A stretch of 64,000 bases of DNA from Hormiphora californensis. Lineage: Eukaryota; Animalia; Ctenophora. Made by a program: the position numbers and the translations under genes. Position 1 is the stretch's first letter. The number at the start of each line of letters is the position of its first letter. Below, piece by piece: positions 35,165 to 46,900 of this stretch. The stretch lies in contig CM035350.1 of NCBI GenBank assembly GCA_020137815.1, positions 1,736,001 to 1,800,000 of the forward strand, given 5' to 3'. Under the pieces are notes generated by a model. That model made no database searches, was not told where the DNA came from, and worked only from the letters and a program-made list of their open reading frames with translations.

Positions 35165-36496
35165 CGAGAGAAAGAGAGCCATCACATACACAAGCCCTAT
35201 TTATAGCAAGATACCGAGTCCGACTATAACTGCAGCACGAACAGCCGCAACTGCTAAATACACGGCTATTTTTTGCTAAAACATGGCAGTTCTGAGAACA
35301 CACGGCAGCACTAAAACACACACAGGTCACTATTTAATTGTCTCCTAACACCCTAAATGCATCCCATTTCCAAGATATTTTTACCACGGACTAATGGACC
35401 TACACACAGTGCTACTCACCACGGTATTGGCGTTGTTACTGGATATGGGAGTGGAGTGAGCGAGGACCTGACCGAATGTAGATTTGGGCGTGTAACTCTG
35501 ATATATCTTCTCAGTGATCTTTTCAGAGGAGGGTGTTGTCTGGACTACATTCATTTCGTTAGTGATCTCTGAGAGGGCCCCTGGGGAACTGCACTGGGCT
35601 ACAAATGAGGGACAGTTCGTGGACTTGAAATAATCCTCTGGGTTATCTTTCTCTCCTGAAAAAAGGGGGGGGGGGTATCTTTAGTTGGGAGCTCATGTTA
35701 TAGGTCTCAATGTTTTCCATCTCACACACAGAAACAAGTTTAATGGGATATCGAAGTGCTAGATAAAAGGTTCTAGTTGAAATACCTGCAAGACAGAGAT
35801 TAGCGTAGCTTGACCACAAGTATGGATTCCGTTTCAGGCTAGCTCTGTAAAAGTACACTGCGTGCTCAAGTCTGTGGCATTTCCTGATAAACAAAAGTGG
35901 TTAGAAGGATAGAGAAATAGTATCATTCTTCAAAGATGGAAACCAAACAAAGTAAATTTAAACGAAAGAGAAAATAATGCACCTGTATATGGAAGCAAGG
36001 ACGCTGAGACATACTCCTGATATTTCCTGAAACTCAGCAGTGATATAGCTCTCAATAGACGCTAGAGAGTTATCCGGACTAGATCCCACCAGTATTTGTT
36101 CAGCCTCGTACAGTTTGCTCAACTTGAGGCAGCACTGAGCAAATAGAAGTCTGCACTTCGGGGTGTTACTGTGAGACTTCTTCAGTAGATCATACGCCTC
36201 TGCTACTCTCTCTTGTCGGTAGTAACACGTTGCCAACAGATACAGAGTCTCGCACCCCTTGCTCTCAAGGAAGAGCCGCTCTGCAAGGAAACTAGCATCC
36301 TCAAACGCGTAGTAGTTCAGAGCGTGCCAAACTGCAGCCTGAAATGAGACAATTATTATATGGCAATTAGATCGTTAACTTTCAATCACAGGGTGAATAT
36401 TATCTTTGACAAACATGGACAACATGGTAGCAGGGCCAGGGTGAGTGTTCAAATTTATAGTACCTTGGCTGGGTCTCGTTCTTTACAACAGCCCAT
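28048..36496 (-). CDS. CDC27: Anaphase-promoting complex subunit 3 (TPR protein), multi-exon
   Basis: N-terminus AAVWHALNYYAFEDASFLAERL...LLATCYYR; YYSTCLWY...SPETWCAVGNCFSLQKEHETAIKFF; YTLLGHEY; DPRHYNAWYGIG; HLAMMHFSWAMDLDP. Confidence 0.93.
29521..30731 (+). mobile_element. ORF1-only non-LTR retroelement in CDC27 intron
   Basis: Flanked on both sides by (TC)n; intact ORF1, then a ~170-bp 3' UTR and a (CCAG)n tail; no RT/endonuclease ORF. Confidence 0.75.
29614..30561 (+). CDS. LINE ORF1p-like protein (coiled coil plus L1/CR1-type RRM-CTD)
   Basis: DRSRNLIVFGLPEE...TRLG...SRPVKVTL...RVFLEPDRTYEER pattern. First ATG is at 29614; the ORF track start at 29464 is a GTG outside the element. 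Confidence 0.8.
   Translation: MMTLPNDKVTQFINRLITQRPPTTSPVNKYSPDEIGRGMHVADITPEILGGRKYSCSRKYSKKDLASSLSEACKLLVDLAVPQGSTTPNTSTTPRRSHPPEEWRRCKDDKTNLHEELAAAHRRVIDLQDQVIQLKDEIRNVETATVTKTVQRDLKSYSAMLSQNCAAALAQTRIQKAVTKASVEKPDEEDRSRNLIVFGLPEEADGATVETSVTSLLEEMDEKPPLTSCTRLGMPAEGKSRPVKVTLKSRDSLLVLLRKACELRNSENFKRVFLEPDRTYEERVERKKAVKTLNELRQAHPERKYVLRKGVIESI
31190..31782. repeat. 26/30-bp minisatellite (CAGCTGACCCCGTTCCAG...)
   Basis: About 20 tandem units; explains the repetitive ORFs at 30987-32068. Confidence 0.92.
32046..32179 (-). ncRNA. HDV-like self-cleaving ribozyme candidate
   Basis: P1 GGGGGAG/UUCCCCC; P2 GCCAC(C)/G(C)GUGGC; P3 ACC/GGU; L3 UCCAAUC; P1.1 CC/GG; P4 GGUCACACGGA/UCCGUGUGGCC; J4/2 CUGA (CNRA). 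All helices are in nested double-pseudoknot order. Confidence 0.7.
33061..33215. repeat. Hairpin/MITE-like inverted repeat in CDC27 intron
   Basis: TATTTCTGCTGACAATCACACTTCTACT ... AGTAGAAGTGTGATTGTCAGTAGAAATA. Confidence 0.7.
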
Positions 36497-37322
36497 TCCA
36501 CAAATTCTTTGAGACGACGATCCAGTCAAATATTTAACATTCCATCGGCCTATAATCAATGATAATAAATGTTTAAACCTTTCAAAAAATGGGAAGCTCG
36601 ACAGGGACTTGTAATGTCAAAGCGTAAGCAACAAGTAAGTGGAAATGAAGGCCAGGGGTTTAGCTGCCTGACTCGAGCCTCTCTCGCTGGCCACTGTGCC
36701 AGCCTCCATGCGACGGCAGAGGGTCTTGCATGGATTTTCTCGTGTGTGCAGTGTGCATGTTCAGACTTCGTTCGTGCGACGACTGCTGTGAACTTTGAAG
36801 CCAACTGCCAATCGAAAAAGAATGCGTTTGGCCTGTTAATAAAAGAGCAATCTTTAAACATACCATAAACATCTGAGGTTACATTCATCTAGACTTTATT
36901 TGTTTTAAGTTCTTTGGGTCAGTTGATAAATTTTGGTTTGGCCTCGCAGCGCGCACCTGTAAACAGGCCACCAAGCACCAAGATCGTAACAGAGCCCCAA
37001 GGCAAGGGGACGCTCGATTGGCAAACGCCGCTGGCCCCCGGGATAAGGCAGCGCTTTTTAAGGCGCTCGAAAGAGAAAAGTTTTAAAAAAACGAACAAGT
37101 TTTGAGCTGCAAATTTGGCAAGTTTTTTGACTTTTTAAATTTACATTTTGTTATAACTGAGCGCGCGTAACTGCGCGGCGTTATTTTTATATTTGCGCGT
37201 TACATTATTTAACGCCGCGCAGTTTATCACAACTGAAGCTGAGAACACACTTTTAAAATCCTTTTTCGTTTAAAAATCTCAAAATCTGGTTTCTAGGGAT
37301 TTAAATCCACAGTCCCTCTAGA

Positions 37323-38093
37323 ATGAGTAACTCCTGGGACTCAGCGCATCTTTCGGATGGCTCAGATATGCCCGTTGTTGATGATAAAGTGTTGCAGCTT
37401 TACAATATGAGATTGTGCCCTTACGCGGAGCGTGCAGTTCTGGTCTTGCTTCACAAGAATCTTCCCTTCACCTGTACTAATATCAATCTCAAGAATAAGC
37501 CAACCTGGTTCCTCAATTCCAGCTTGGGAAAGGTACCAGTGGTGCTTTCCAATGGGAAAGCCATACCTGAGTCGCTTATTGTCTGTGATTTCCTCGACGA
37601 AGTGTATGAGAATGAGAAACTCCACCCATCTGATCCTGCTCAGAAAGCGCTTGATCGGGTTTTGGTTGATTGTCAGGGACAGATGATGTCTAGTCTCTAT
37701 CCCATCTTTGGTAAAATTCCTGGTAAAACCTTTACCAATGAGGAAAAGTTGGAAAAGTTCGACAGCCTACTGAAGTTTGTGAGGGATTTGGAGAAGGAGC
37801 TGACCACTAGAGCGACTCCGTTCTTGGGTGGAAATAAACCATGTATGGCAGATTACATGATATTTCCATTTTATGAGCGAATTGAAGCACTGCCCCAAAT
37901 CGTTCCAGAGCTTGGATCTGCACTCGATCTTCCCGGAGACCTTGCCTTGGTTAAGAAATGGCTGGTGTCCATGAGGGGAACTGAACCGGTGAAACAGTAT
38001 GGCCTATCACCAGCTCGACTTGCTAAAGCTACTCATGTCAGCCATGAAACGGGGGATTATGATGCAGCTATGTCTGCTTCGGCTGGACTTTAA
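37323..38093 (+). CDS. Glutathione S-transferase omega class, intronless
   Basis: LQLYNMRLCPYAERAVLVL (active-site CPY), INLKNKPTWF, GKVPV, ESLIVCDFLDE and PCMADYMIFPFYER. Confidence 0.93.
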   Translation: MSNSWDSAHLSDGSDMPVVDDKVLQLYNMRLCPYAERAVLVLLHKNLPFTCTNINLKNKPTWFLNSSLGKVPVVLSNGKAIPESLIVCDFLDEVYENEKLHPSDPAQKALDRVLVDCQGQMMSSLYPIFGKIPGKTFTNEEKLEKFDSLLKFVRDLEKELTTRATPFLGGNKPCMADYMIFPFYERIEALPQIVPELGSALDLPGDLALVKKWLVSMRGTEPVKQYGLSPARLAKATHVSHETGDYDAAMSASAGL

Positions 38094-38252
38094 ATCTTCA
38101 CAGAAACTGTCTACAAATTCTTTTAGGTTTCTTTAGCTGTGTGTGTTTTAATGTGTATGTGTTTCTTAATTTTTCCACTTTTAGAACAGTAAAATGTTGA
38201 AGTTTTCATTTTCCATAGCGCCCAAAACCCCAAACTATCTTGCTTTAGTAGA

Positions 38253-41200
38253 ATGGCAAGTGATAATTATGTACTTTACCGGACATTTCAAGCAGTAGAA
38301 GTACTCTCTACAGATGAACAAGTCAATCGAGGTTAGAACAAAGACTAAGAAAATTATTAAAAACTCCAAATTCACAATTCACCATTTCCCATTCCTCAGC
38401 TATAAAGAGTCACGTTGTTCTGGAGCCTGTTATTGGTTTGGACTGCGAATGGAACTCTCAACAGTCCCCCACTAGGGTAGCACTTGTTCAGATCGCTACC
38501 AGGTCGCATGTCTTCCTGATCAGATTGTTCAAAATGCAGGGTATACCAACTGAACTTGCGGCACTACTTGCTAATGGAAATGTTCTCAAGGTAACGACAA
38601 TCTTACAATTGGTTATCAGCAAACAAATTGTTGGTTGATGTTTTCAGACGTTTCATATGTGTATTATTGATGCTATAATATCACAAAACAGTTATTTCTA
38701 ATTTGCCTGACAGTTGACATACGAACGACCGACAGTAGACAAACAACAAGACAGACTCAACATAACAGGTAACTAAAACTAGACCTTTTTGGACAATTTT
38801 CTCAAATTGTGAACGTCTACTTTTAGGTCGGTGTGAGTATTGATACAGACAAGAAAATGTTGCTGAAAGAGCCAGGGTGTACCACAGTAAGGGGACTAGT
38901 TGATCTAAAGAGCTTGGCCCTCACATCCGAGAGTTATGGCCGGGTACAGATGCAACACCTTGAAACGCTTCAAAGGAAAACCTATGGGCTTCCCGAGGCA
39001 GAGCAGATCCTAGCAAAGACCCGATGGAACCCTAAGATGGGGTTAGGACCGATGACTGTAGATTGTTTGGGGGTGGCACTGGACAAGGAGGGAAGTGCTC
39101 GATGGAGAGGTACAGATGATAACCATCTTATTATTGTTCTTGAATGTTTGTAATTTTTTTAGGTCCTCCCCGCGAATGTACTAATCATCGTCACATACTT
39201 TATCAGATGACTGGGAGGCGGACAGTCTATCAGCTCACCAGACCTCCTATGCTGCCGGAGATGCTGCCTCATCCCTTGAGATCTTCTATGCTCTTCTCAG
39301 TCAGAATCCACTGGGAGCCAGAGTTAATACAACTGAACTGAAAACCAACCAGGCATCAATTGACAACTTAGTGAGAGGGTGAGAGGAACATTTTGTAGTT
39401 TTACCAATGTTTTATTATTGTTGAAACCAATGTAAACCAACGTACTGATATGATACTCTTTTCAGAAAGATAGATATACCTCCATCTAAGAAAGTGAAGG
39501 GAGTGAGAAGGACTATTCTGGATTTAATCGCTTCTGTTACCCCAAGTTTCCAATTCGAATCCTATCTGGCCGCTCCTAAGCAGAAGAAAGAAAGGAAGCC
39601 CAAAAGAGGTAGCAGTCTTTTGATTTGTTATGATATCTGACTACAGTTTAGTATCTTGGTGAGAAATTCATGCCACTGAATTTGTAGTGGTGTGGATTTC
39701 TTACCAAGCTTGTCATCTCTGGATACAATAATATCATCAAGCCAACATCCTTTACCAAAGTTAACCAATAACCATGTTATCAAGTGTTTCTATGGAAGGC
39801 TTGATGGCATTAAATCATCGTATTATTATGTCCTATGTAGTGTAAGCCTAGTATTCTAGCTCTCATTTCTTAGTACCCTCATTCCCCTTGTTGTTTGTTT
39901 CAAGTGCATGTTTTAGCTACACCATGCCTCTACCTCCATCAGCAACCAAGAAGCCAGCACACGCAGATCCTGACCGGAAGAGGAATCCTTGCTCGTGCAG
40001 GTCAGTTTAAAAGGATGCATCTTGTTTCAAGTTCAAAACATTGTGTGACGCCATGATATCGCGAAATCTTTACTGACTGCTGCTCTCCCCAGGGCTTGTG
40101 CGAATTACGATGGAGGGGACCCATCCCAATCCAAACCGGGACCACAGTTTGAAGGTTGCCGGTTCAATGACGCTACCCTTCACGATGGTTCGACCGATAA
40201 AAAGAAGGCGCTGAATAGTTCTCTAGTCGCACATTTCAAGGACTTATCTCTGTCACCGAGCTTCGCCACCAAGCTTGATAAAATGCTAAAGCCTCCAACA
40301 AGAGTTCAGCAGCTTGGGATCCCTCTTCAGCAGAAGGGAGGTGACCTTGTTCTTTGTGCCCAGACTGGAACAGGGAAAACAGCTGCTTACCTCATCCCAA
40401 TGATTGATAAGATTATGAAGGAGCAGATTCCGGCAGGATCCCCGACCTTCTGCGTCATATCTCCAACTCGAGAGTTGGCTCTACAGATAGATGCAGAATT
40501 TAGGCGACTTTCTAATTCAACTTGCAAATCAGTCGTACTGACCGGTAGAAAAAGAGTTTCCCCAACTAGGCTGAATGACTGTCATATTCTAGTTGGCACA
40601 CCCGGAAAAGTTCGCTCTATGCTTTGGGACTGGGGATTAAACAAGGACTTTGATGTTTTCGTTGTTGATGGAGATTACAAAATAGCGAAGGAGGGTTATG
40701 GCCCAGGGTATATGAACAATTTGCTGCGAAAAGAGTTTCAGATTCGAGAAGACCACATTGGCCAAGAAGATATTGTCGATGCTTTGGTACACGAGATGGC
40801 AAATTTGGTAAAAGATAAGCAAAGGCCAGAACTCCCAGACTTTTACGTTGTCACAGAGACAGCCGAACAAGCAAAGGATATAAATGCTAAACTGAAGTCT
40901 CGCTTCATGAAACAACTACCAAGAAATTCTCCGTGGCCAGTATGTGAGTTTTCAGATATCCGCAATTTATACCAGTGCTATGCTATCATCGGTACCTTGG
41001 ACGACTACAAAGCGCTGGTTTTTGAAAAGAGGTTGAAGGGAGCCCTAACTCTTGAGAAGGTGCAAACGTTTGTAGTTGACGAGTTTGATCGAATGATGGG
41101 AAAAGGTTTTCTCCCTGAAATCGAGATGTTTTTACAAGATGTTGGTGACAACACCCAAGTTATTATGGCCAGTGCGACATGGAGACAGGAAGCTTTGAAG

Positions 41201-43547
41201 TCAGCACAAGAAATAATGAGGGATAACTTTGAACGGCTGCAAATTGGAAATGAGGGTTCTGCTCAAGAAGCTGTTGTACAGAAATTTGAACAGCTGGATA
41301 ATGAACGAAACAAGAGCCACCGACTGAATGAACTTCTCGTTGAACTTCTCCTCCCGCGGGCTGAAGCATTCTTTGCAAAACACAAGAACAACCCAGAACC
41401 CCGTCTACTAGACTTCCTGTTGACGGTCCTGAGCGACAAAGGAAACGAGTTCAGTGACCTGAAAGTTCTCGTGTTCTTTGAAACTCGAGAGAGTACCCGA
41501 GCAATGACCGAGTTCACTGCTGATAGAATCTACAACTATTTCAAGGGTCTATACTACAAAAGTTACCCTACAGCCGATAGAAATCAAGAAGATCTTATCT
41601 TGGAGAACTTTGGAGTTGTTTGTCTCAGTAGTGACCTGGAAGCTGTGGAGAGAGAGTCCCATATGAAAGCGTTCTCAGATGGGATTTACTCGATCATGTT
41701 TGCAACCAACGTGGCTGCACGAGGAATTGACCCACCCCGAGTGACCCATGTCATTAACTATCACCTCCCCTCATGCGAGTACCTTGGACATACTGCATTT
41801 GATGAGTACATCCACCGAATAGGCCGAACTGGTCGCCTTGGAAACCCGGGAGAGTCCATCTCCTTCATGCAGCCGGACAGGGATAGTGATATGGCTGCTG
41901 GATTTGTGGAAGTCTTAGCTAATTCGAATCAACCAGTTCCTGATTGGCTAAAGGAGTTTGCGAAACAAGGAGTGATCCTGACACAGAACCAGCTGGCTCA
42001 GGAGAGGGAGGCTCGACACCACGGTGGGGAAGGCCAGGGATTCACTCGCAAAGACAAAAAGAAGAAGGCACCCGGTGGAAGAAAACCTGCGGCCGCTGGA
42101 ACTTCCTGGGATCCCCAACACGGGCCAAATGCCACTGAGCTATGGGGAGATCAGGCGATTTAAAACTCTGTAAGACACTCTGTAAAACGATTGATCTGGA
42201 ATAATTTGCTTGTGATAATCAAAAACTGTGTAACCGCATTGATGATTATGTAGTTTATTAAACACTTTTTTACTCAAAATTAACTTTAATCACCGTTTTG
42301 TAATTGTCAATCTGCAGTTGGTTTTAAATGTTCAAATTGAGTTTTCAAATAAATTCGATTTCGACAGTTTTTATACCGAAAATTATATTGTAAACATTGC
42401 TTTAAATCCAATATTTACGGGAACAGTCGTGTATTTCTTGGTTGACTAAGTCATGAGTCAAGTGGATGGTAAAGTCGGATTTTTTGAAGTTCTCTCCCCA
42501 AATGCACATGCACACGCATGTGAAATTTATCAATGATGTGACGTGCAAATGATGACTCGCAAAGTATGTGACACGCAAAAAATCGAGCGCACGAGAAGGG
42601 GTGACAACTTCAAAAAATCCGACTTTAGACTGTGATAACCTAACGTTTGGCCAGAGGGGGGGGGGGCATTGTTATTAAAACTGACCAGCCACATGTTTTC
42701 TTCAGGGCCTGCTAAGGAGCCAACTCACTATCAAGTGAGCGACAAGGTGTTGTATGATAACTGCTCTCTGCTAGCCCCTGACGGTGCTATCCTGTGCACG
42801 TGCAGCCAGAAGAAAGCACAATGGTATCTGGATAACAACTTAGCAGATCCAGTCCCGGGAAGTGATCCCATGAGCGTCAAGCTGAGGTTTGAGCCCTCAG
42901 GCAGGCCCGATCAGGGGGATTATTACTGCCAGCGGAAGGAGAACAAGTGCTGCTGCTGTGGGTCGAGTGACAGGTTGGTAAGGAAGAATGTCGTTCCTCG
43001 GGAGTACAGGAAACATTTTCCCACCGTGTACAAAGACAAACAATCACACGATGTTGTGTTACTGTGTGTGAGGTGCCATTGTGTCAGTAACGTTAATGAT
43101 GCCTCGATGAGGGAGCAGTTAGCCAGGCAATACGGGGTACCTGTCAACATTGAAACTGCAACAAGGGCAGTGGACAAGTCTGCAATGAGGGCCCGGAGTA
43201 CAGCTAGAGCTCTCACATCGTCCCAGCAGATACCAGCGGAGAGAAGGGCTGAGCTGCTAGGTGAGCTGGAGAGATATCTTGGACATGTGCCAACTGAGGA
43301 GGAGGTGATGGAGTGTAGGGATATGAAGGTACAGGAGGAGAGATCTGGGATGAAGCATGGGGCTGATGTAGTGAAACAGGTGATGGAGGGATCACAAGGG
43401 CTGGAAGGACAGTCTGGGATGGAGGGACAGATAGGACAAGGAGTAGACGGGTTCGTTAGGAAGTGGAGGGAGTTCTTTGTAGCTACCATGAAGCCTCAAT
43501 ACCTACCTGACGGATGGAGTTGTGATCACAAAACACGCTATGAGTGA
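38253..43547 (+). CDS. EXD2: EXD2-like DEDDy 3'-5' exonuclease with C-terminal Zn/HNH-like domain (EXD2a)
   Basis: ExoI VIGLDCEW, VALVQIAT, ExoII VGVSIDTD and ExoIII DWEADSLSAHQTSYAAGDA. Last exon 42706-43547 (LYDNCSLLAPDG..CTCSQKKAQWYL, RKNVVPREYRKHFP, SHDVVLLCVRCH) joins the phase-1 donor after 39608. Confidence 0.88.
39924..42163 (+). CDS. Divergent Vasa/PL10/DDX3-like DEAD-box RNA helicase inside the last EXD2a intron (same strand)
   Basis: Exons 39924-40000 and 40093-42163 are in frame. Motifs: Q (F...PTRVQ), AQTGTGKT, SPTRELA, GTPG, DEFD, SAT, ARGID, YIHRIGRTGRLGN and the DDX3/4-type QPVPDWL. Confidence 0.88.
42470..42628. mobile_element. Short MITE
   Basis: TAAAGTCGGATTTTTTGAAGTT ... 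AACTTCAAAAAATCCGACTTTA. Confidence 0.7.
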
Positions 43548-43673
43548 TATTTTTCATGATTTTCTTATTTCACATTTTGTGAAAGATGGTTAGAAATTCA
43601 TTATGTTGTTTAGTTCTGGGATGATGTAATTGTGCTCTTTTATTACAACCTTAACGCATGTGTAGTTTTCAAT

Positions 43674-43757
<84 letters not shown>

Positions 43758-43929
43758 CCTCTCTCTCTCCCTCTCTCTCTCTCTCCCTCTCTCTCTCCTC
43801 TCTCTCTCTCTGCTGTATGATCTACCACCTGACTCTCTTCACTGTCACATAGCACAGGACCAGGACATGTTCATCCAGTTTGTTTGAAGCGTGTTGAAAC
43901 TACAAACTCTCTCTCTCTCTCTCTCCACT

Positions 43930-46900
43930 ATGCATTATACGTGTGCTCAACGGGTCATCACTATAGAGGATAAAGAACAATGTGATAAAGGTACGTGTCT
44001 TGCTATTTGGGTGATCTCTTGTTTCTGTTTCTGCTTTTTGATTGGTATATTGTGACTGCCACTTGTTTCTAACATATCAAGTTGAATGCCTGTGTTAAAT
44101 ATTACAGTACCTGTTTGTTTCAGAGTTTGCTGAACACATAATCAATACCAAAACTCGCTTTATTGGGTTGGACTGCGAATGGAACCCTGGTCGAAAGGTA
44201 ACATTGTCAACATGATATCCTTCCAAAGTTTCTATTTCACCAATAACCTCACTTCTACTCAGCCCGGTTTCATACTCTTTTTGTCCAGTGTTCATTCATA
44301 TTGTCAAATCCCTTTCTAGGTGTCACTCATGCAAGTAGCGACTACAAGTGTTATTCTACTAATCAGACTGAACAAAATGAACCTGATTCTACCTGAAAAC
44401 CTACGGAAGGTCCTTGCAGAACCCAAAATAATAAAGGTATGTATGGGAGGTATGTATGGGAGGTTTAGGGAGACCACCTGTGTGCGGCAGTGTTTTAATC
44501 TGTCCAATGGAGAGTTTGAATGTGTGTGTGTAAAGCAACTGATGAGATCCCAGACCCATATCTCTACCTAATTATGTGTTAATTATCTACTGAAACAAAA
44601 GATGGTCTACACAGAACTATATCTTGAGTTGTTGAACAGACTCTCTCTCCCCTCCCCCTCTCTCTCTCTCTCTTTCTGTACATTTACACACCATCATTAA
44701 ATTTAAGGGTACACCTGGCGTTTTTCATCATCGAGTGCCCAACCAAATGACTTCACCAGGGTTTAGGCCATACAAAATGGACCTCAAATATGCAATTTTA
44801 GCCCTAAATTCGAATTCATATTTTTGCTACAGCCTATTTTCAAAGTGGCGTTTTTTCAACTTTTGTTGGAATTTTTAACCTCAGGACCACTTTTTTTGAG
44901 ATAGAAACATTAAATTCTTGGAATTTGAAGAGAATATAAAGGTAAATAAGCCCAAAGAAGGATTTTTGAAATGGAGCTTATTTCTGGCCATGAGAACGGT
45001 TTACTTTTTTGCTTCTTTGACACGCTGGCTGAGAATGTTCCCATGCTTCATTAGAGATGAAAATCTGGAAATAGTTGCTCAAAACGATTATCTATGTGGC
45101 CCAAAAATTTTGGAACTTTCCCGCCAAAGATGTGGTGTACAGAGCTTGTTTTGTGAAACCCGTCTTTTTGAAAAAGATGGAAATTCCCTGTATCTCAAAA
45201 ACGGATGATCGTAGAGACCTGCGACCAAGCTTAATCGATTCAGAAGGTCCGATTTTGGGGGGGTCTTATGATAGACATTTTGCTCCTACTCCAACCGTTT
45301 TTGCTGTAATTGCGAAAACAGCAAAAACGGTTGGAGTAGGAGCAAAATGTCTCTCATAAGACCCCCCCCAAAATCGGACCTTCTGAATCGATTAAGCTTG
45401 GTCGCAGGTCTCTACGATCATCCGTTTTTGAGATACAGGGAATTTCCATCTTTTTCAAAAAGACGGGTTTCACAAAACAAGCTCTGTACACCACATCTTT
45501 GGCGGGAAAGTTCCAAAATTTTTGGGCCACATAGATAATCGTTTTGAGCAACTATTTCCAGATTTTCATCTCAAATGAAGCATGGGAACATTCTCAGCCA
45601 GCGTGTCAAAGAAGCAAAAAAGTAAACCGTTCTCATGGCCAGAAATAAGCTCCATTTCAAAAATCCTTCTTTGGGCTTAATCACCTTTATATTCTCTTCA
45701 AATTCCAAGAATTTAATGTTTCTATCTCAAAAAAAGTGGTCCTGAGGTTAAAAATTCCAACAAAAGTTGAAAAAACGCCACTTTGAAAATAGGCTGTAGC
45801 AAAAATATGAATTCGAATTTAGGGCTAAAATTGCATATTTGAGGTCCATTTTGTATGGCCTAAACCCTGGTGAAGTCATTTGGTTGGGCACTCGATGATG
45901 AAAAACGCCAGGTGTACCCTTAATCTCCCCCTCTACTCAAACCCATCCCGAGATCAGTAACCACATTCCATCCCAGTTGGGAATAAACATTGACGGTGAT
46001 AACGATAAACTGAAGGAGGATTGCGGTTGCATAATTCGGAGCTGGTTGGACCTCCGGAATCTAGTCTTCAGAAGCCCCTGCTGGGGTCCCACTCTTCTCT
46101 CCAAGATCCAGGACTTTGAGTGGGAAGTGAAAACGGAACAGAGTTTCTCAAATGTACGTGCAATTCGTTGAAATTTAACAGTTTACTTTTGGATCAAACT
46201 CATACACCATCACAACTTCCATGTGCTCTTATCCTATCGCGATCTAAGCCGTGTTTTCTATTTTCTATTAAATAAACCAGCCCCCACCCCCTCCACTAGA
46301 AACCAAATGCTGCTGACTATGCTGACAGTAGAAGGTTTGGATGGTGCCCTAAGATCGGAATGGAGCCGCTAGTTAGTGACTGCTTTGGAGTGACTCTACC
46401 AAAGAATAACTCTGTTAGATGGGGAGGTAAGTAGCCTCAGGGTTTAGTTAGAACAAATTAAGAGGTATGTTTACCATACTATGTATTTGTGTTTTCATGA
46501 TAACCAAAGATATCTTATTTTAATGTTTTGTTGTGTCTCTGCTGGGAAAATACATCACTACCAATTGATAACCCCCACCCCCTTCTCTCTAGATGACTGG
46601 GAAGCGGAAGAGTTGAAGCCGTTTCAGAAGGCCTACGCCGCAAATGATGCAGCTGCAGCTCTGGATATCTTTGTAGTACTTGTATACGCTAGTTCTGTCG
46701 GGAAAGTCCTGCCAGTTGAGCTAGATGACTCATTTGATGTAGAACAACTAGTTCCACAATACCAGAGCGAGTTGTTAGATGCAGCTGGGGAGTTGATTGA
46801 GATAAAGTTTATCCAGACACCAGAACAAATGGAACTGATTTATAAACTTATCAGGGAGACAGATCCAACTTTCAATCTTACTGCGTACAGCAAACACAGC

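Noticed and set aside
44918-45551. ORFs in the long palindrome
   Set aside because: Mirror artefacts of a non-coding foldback element.
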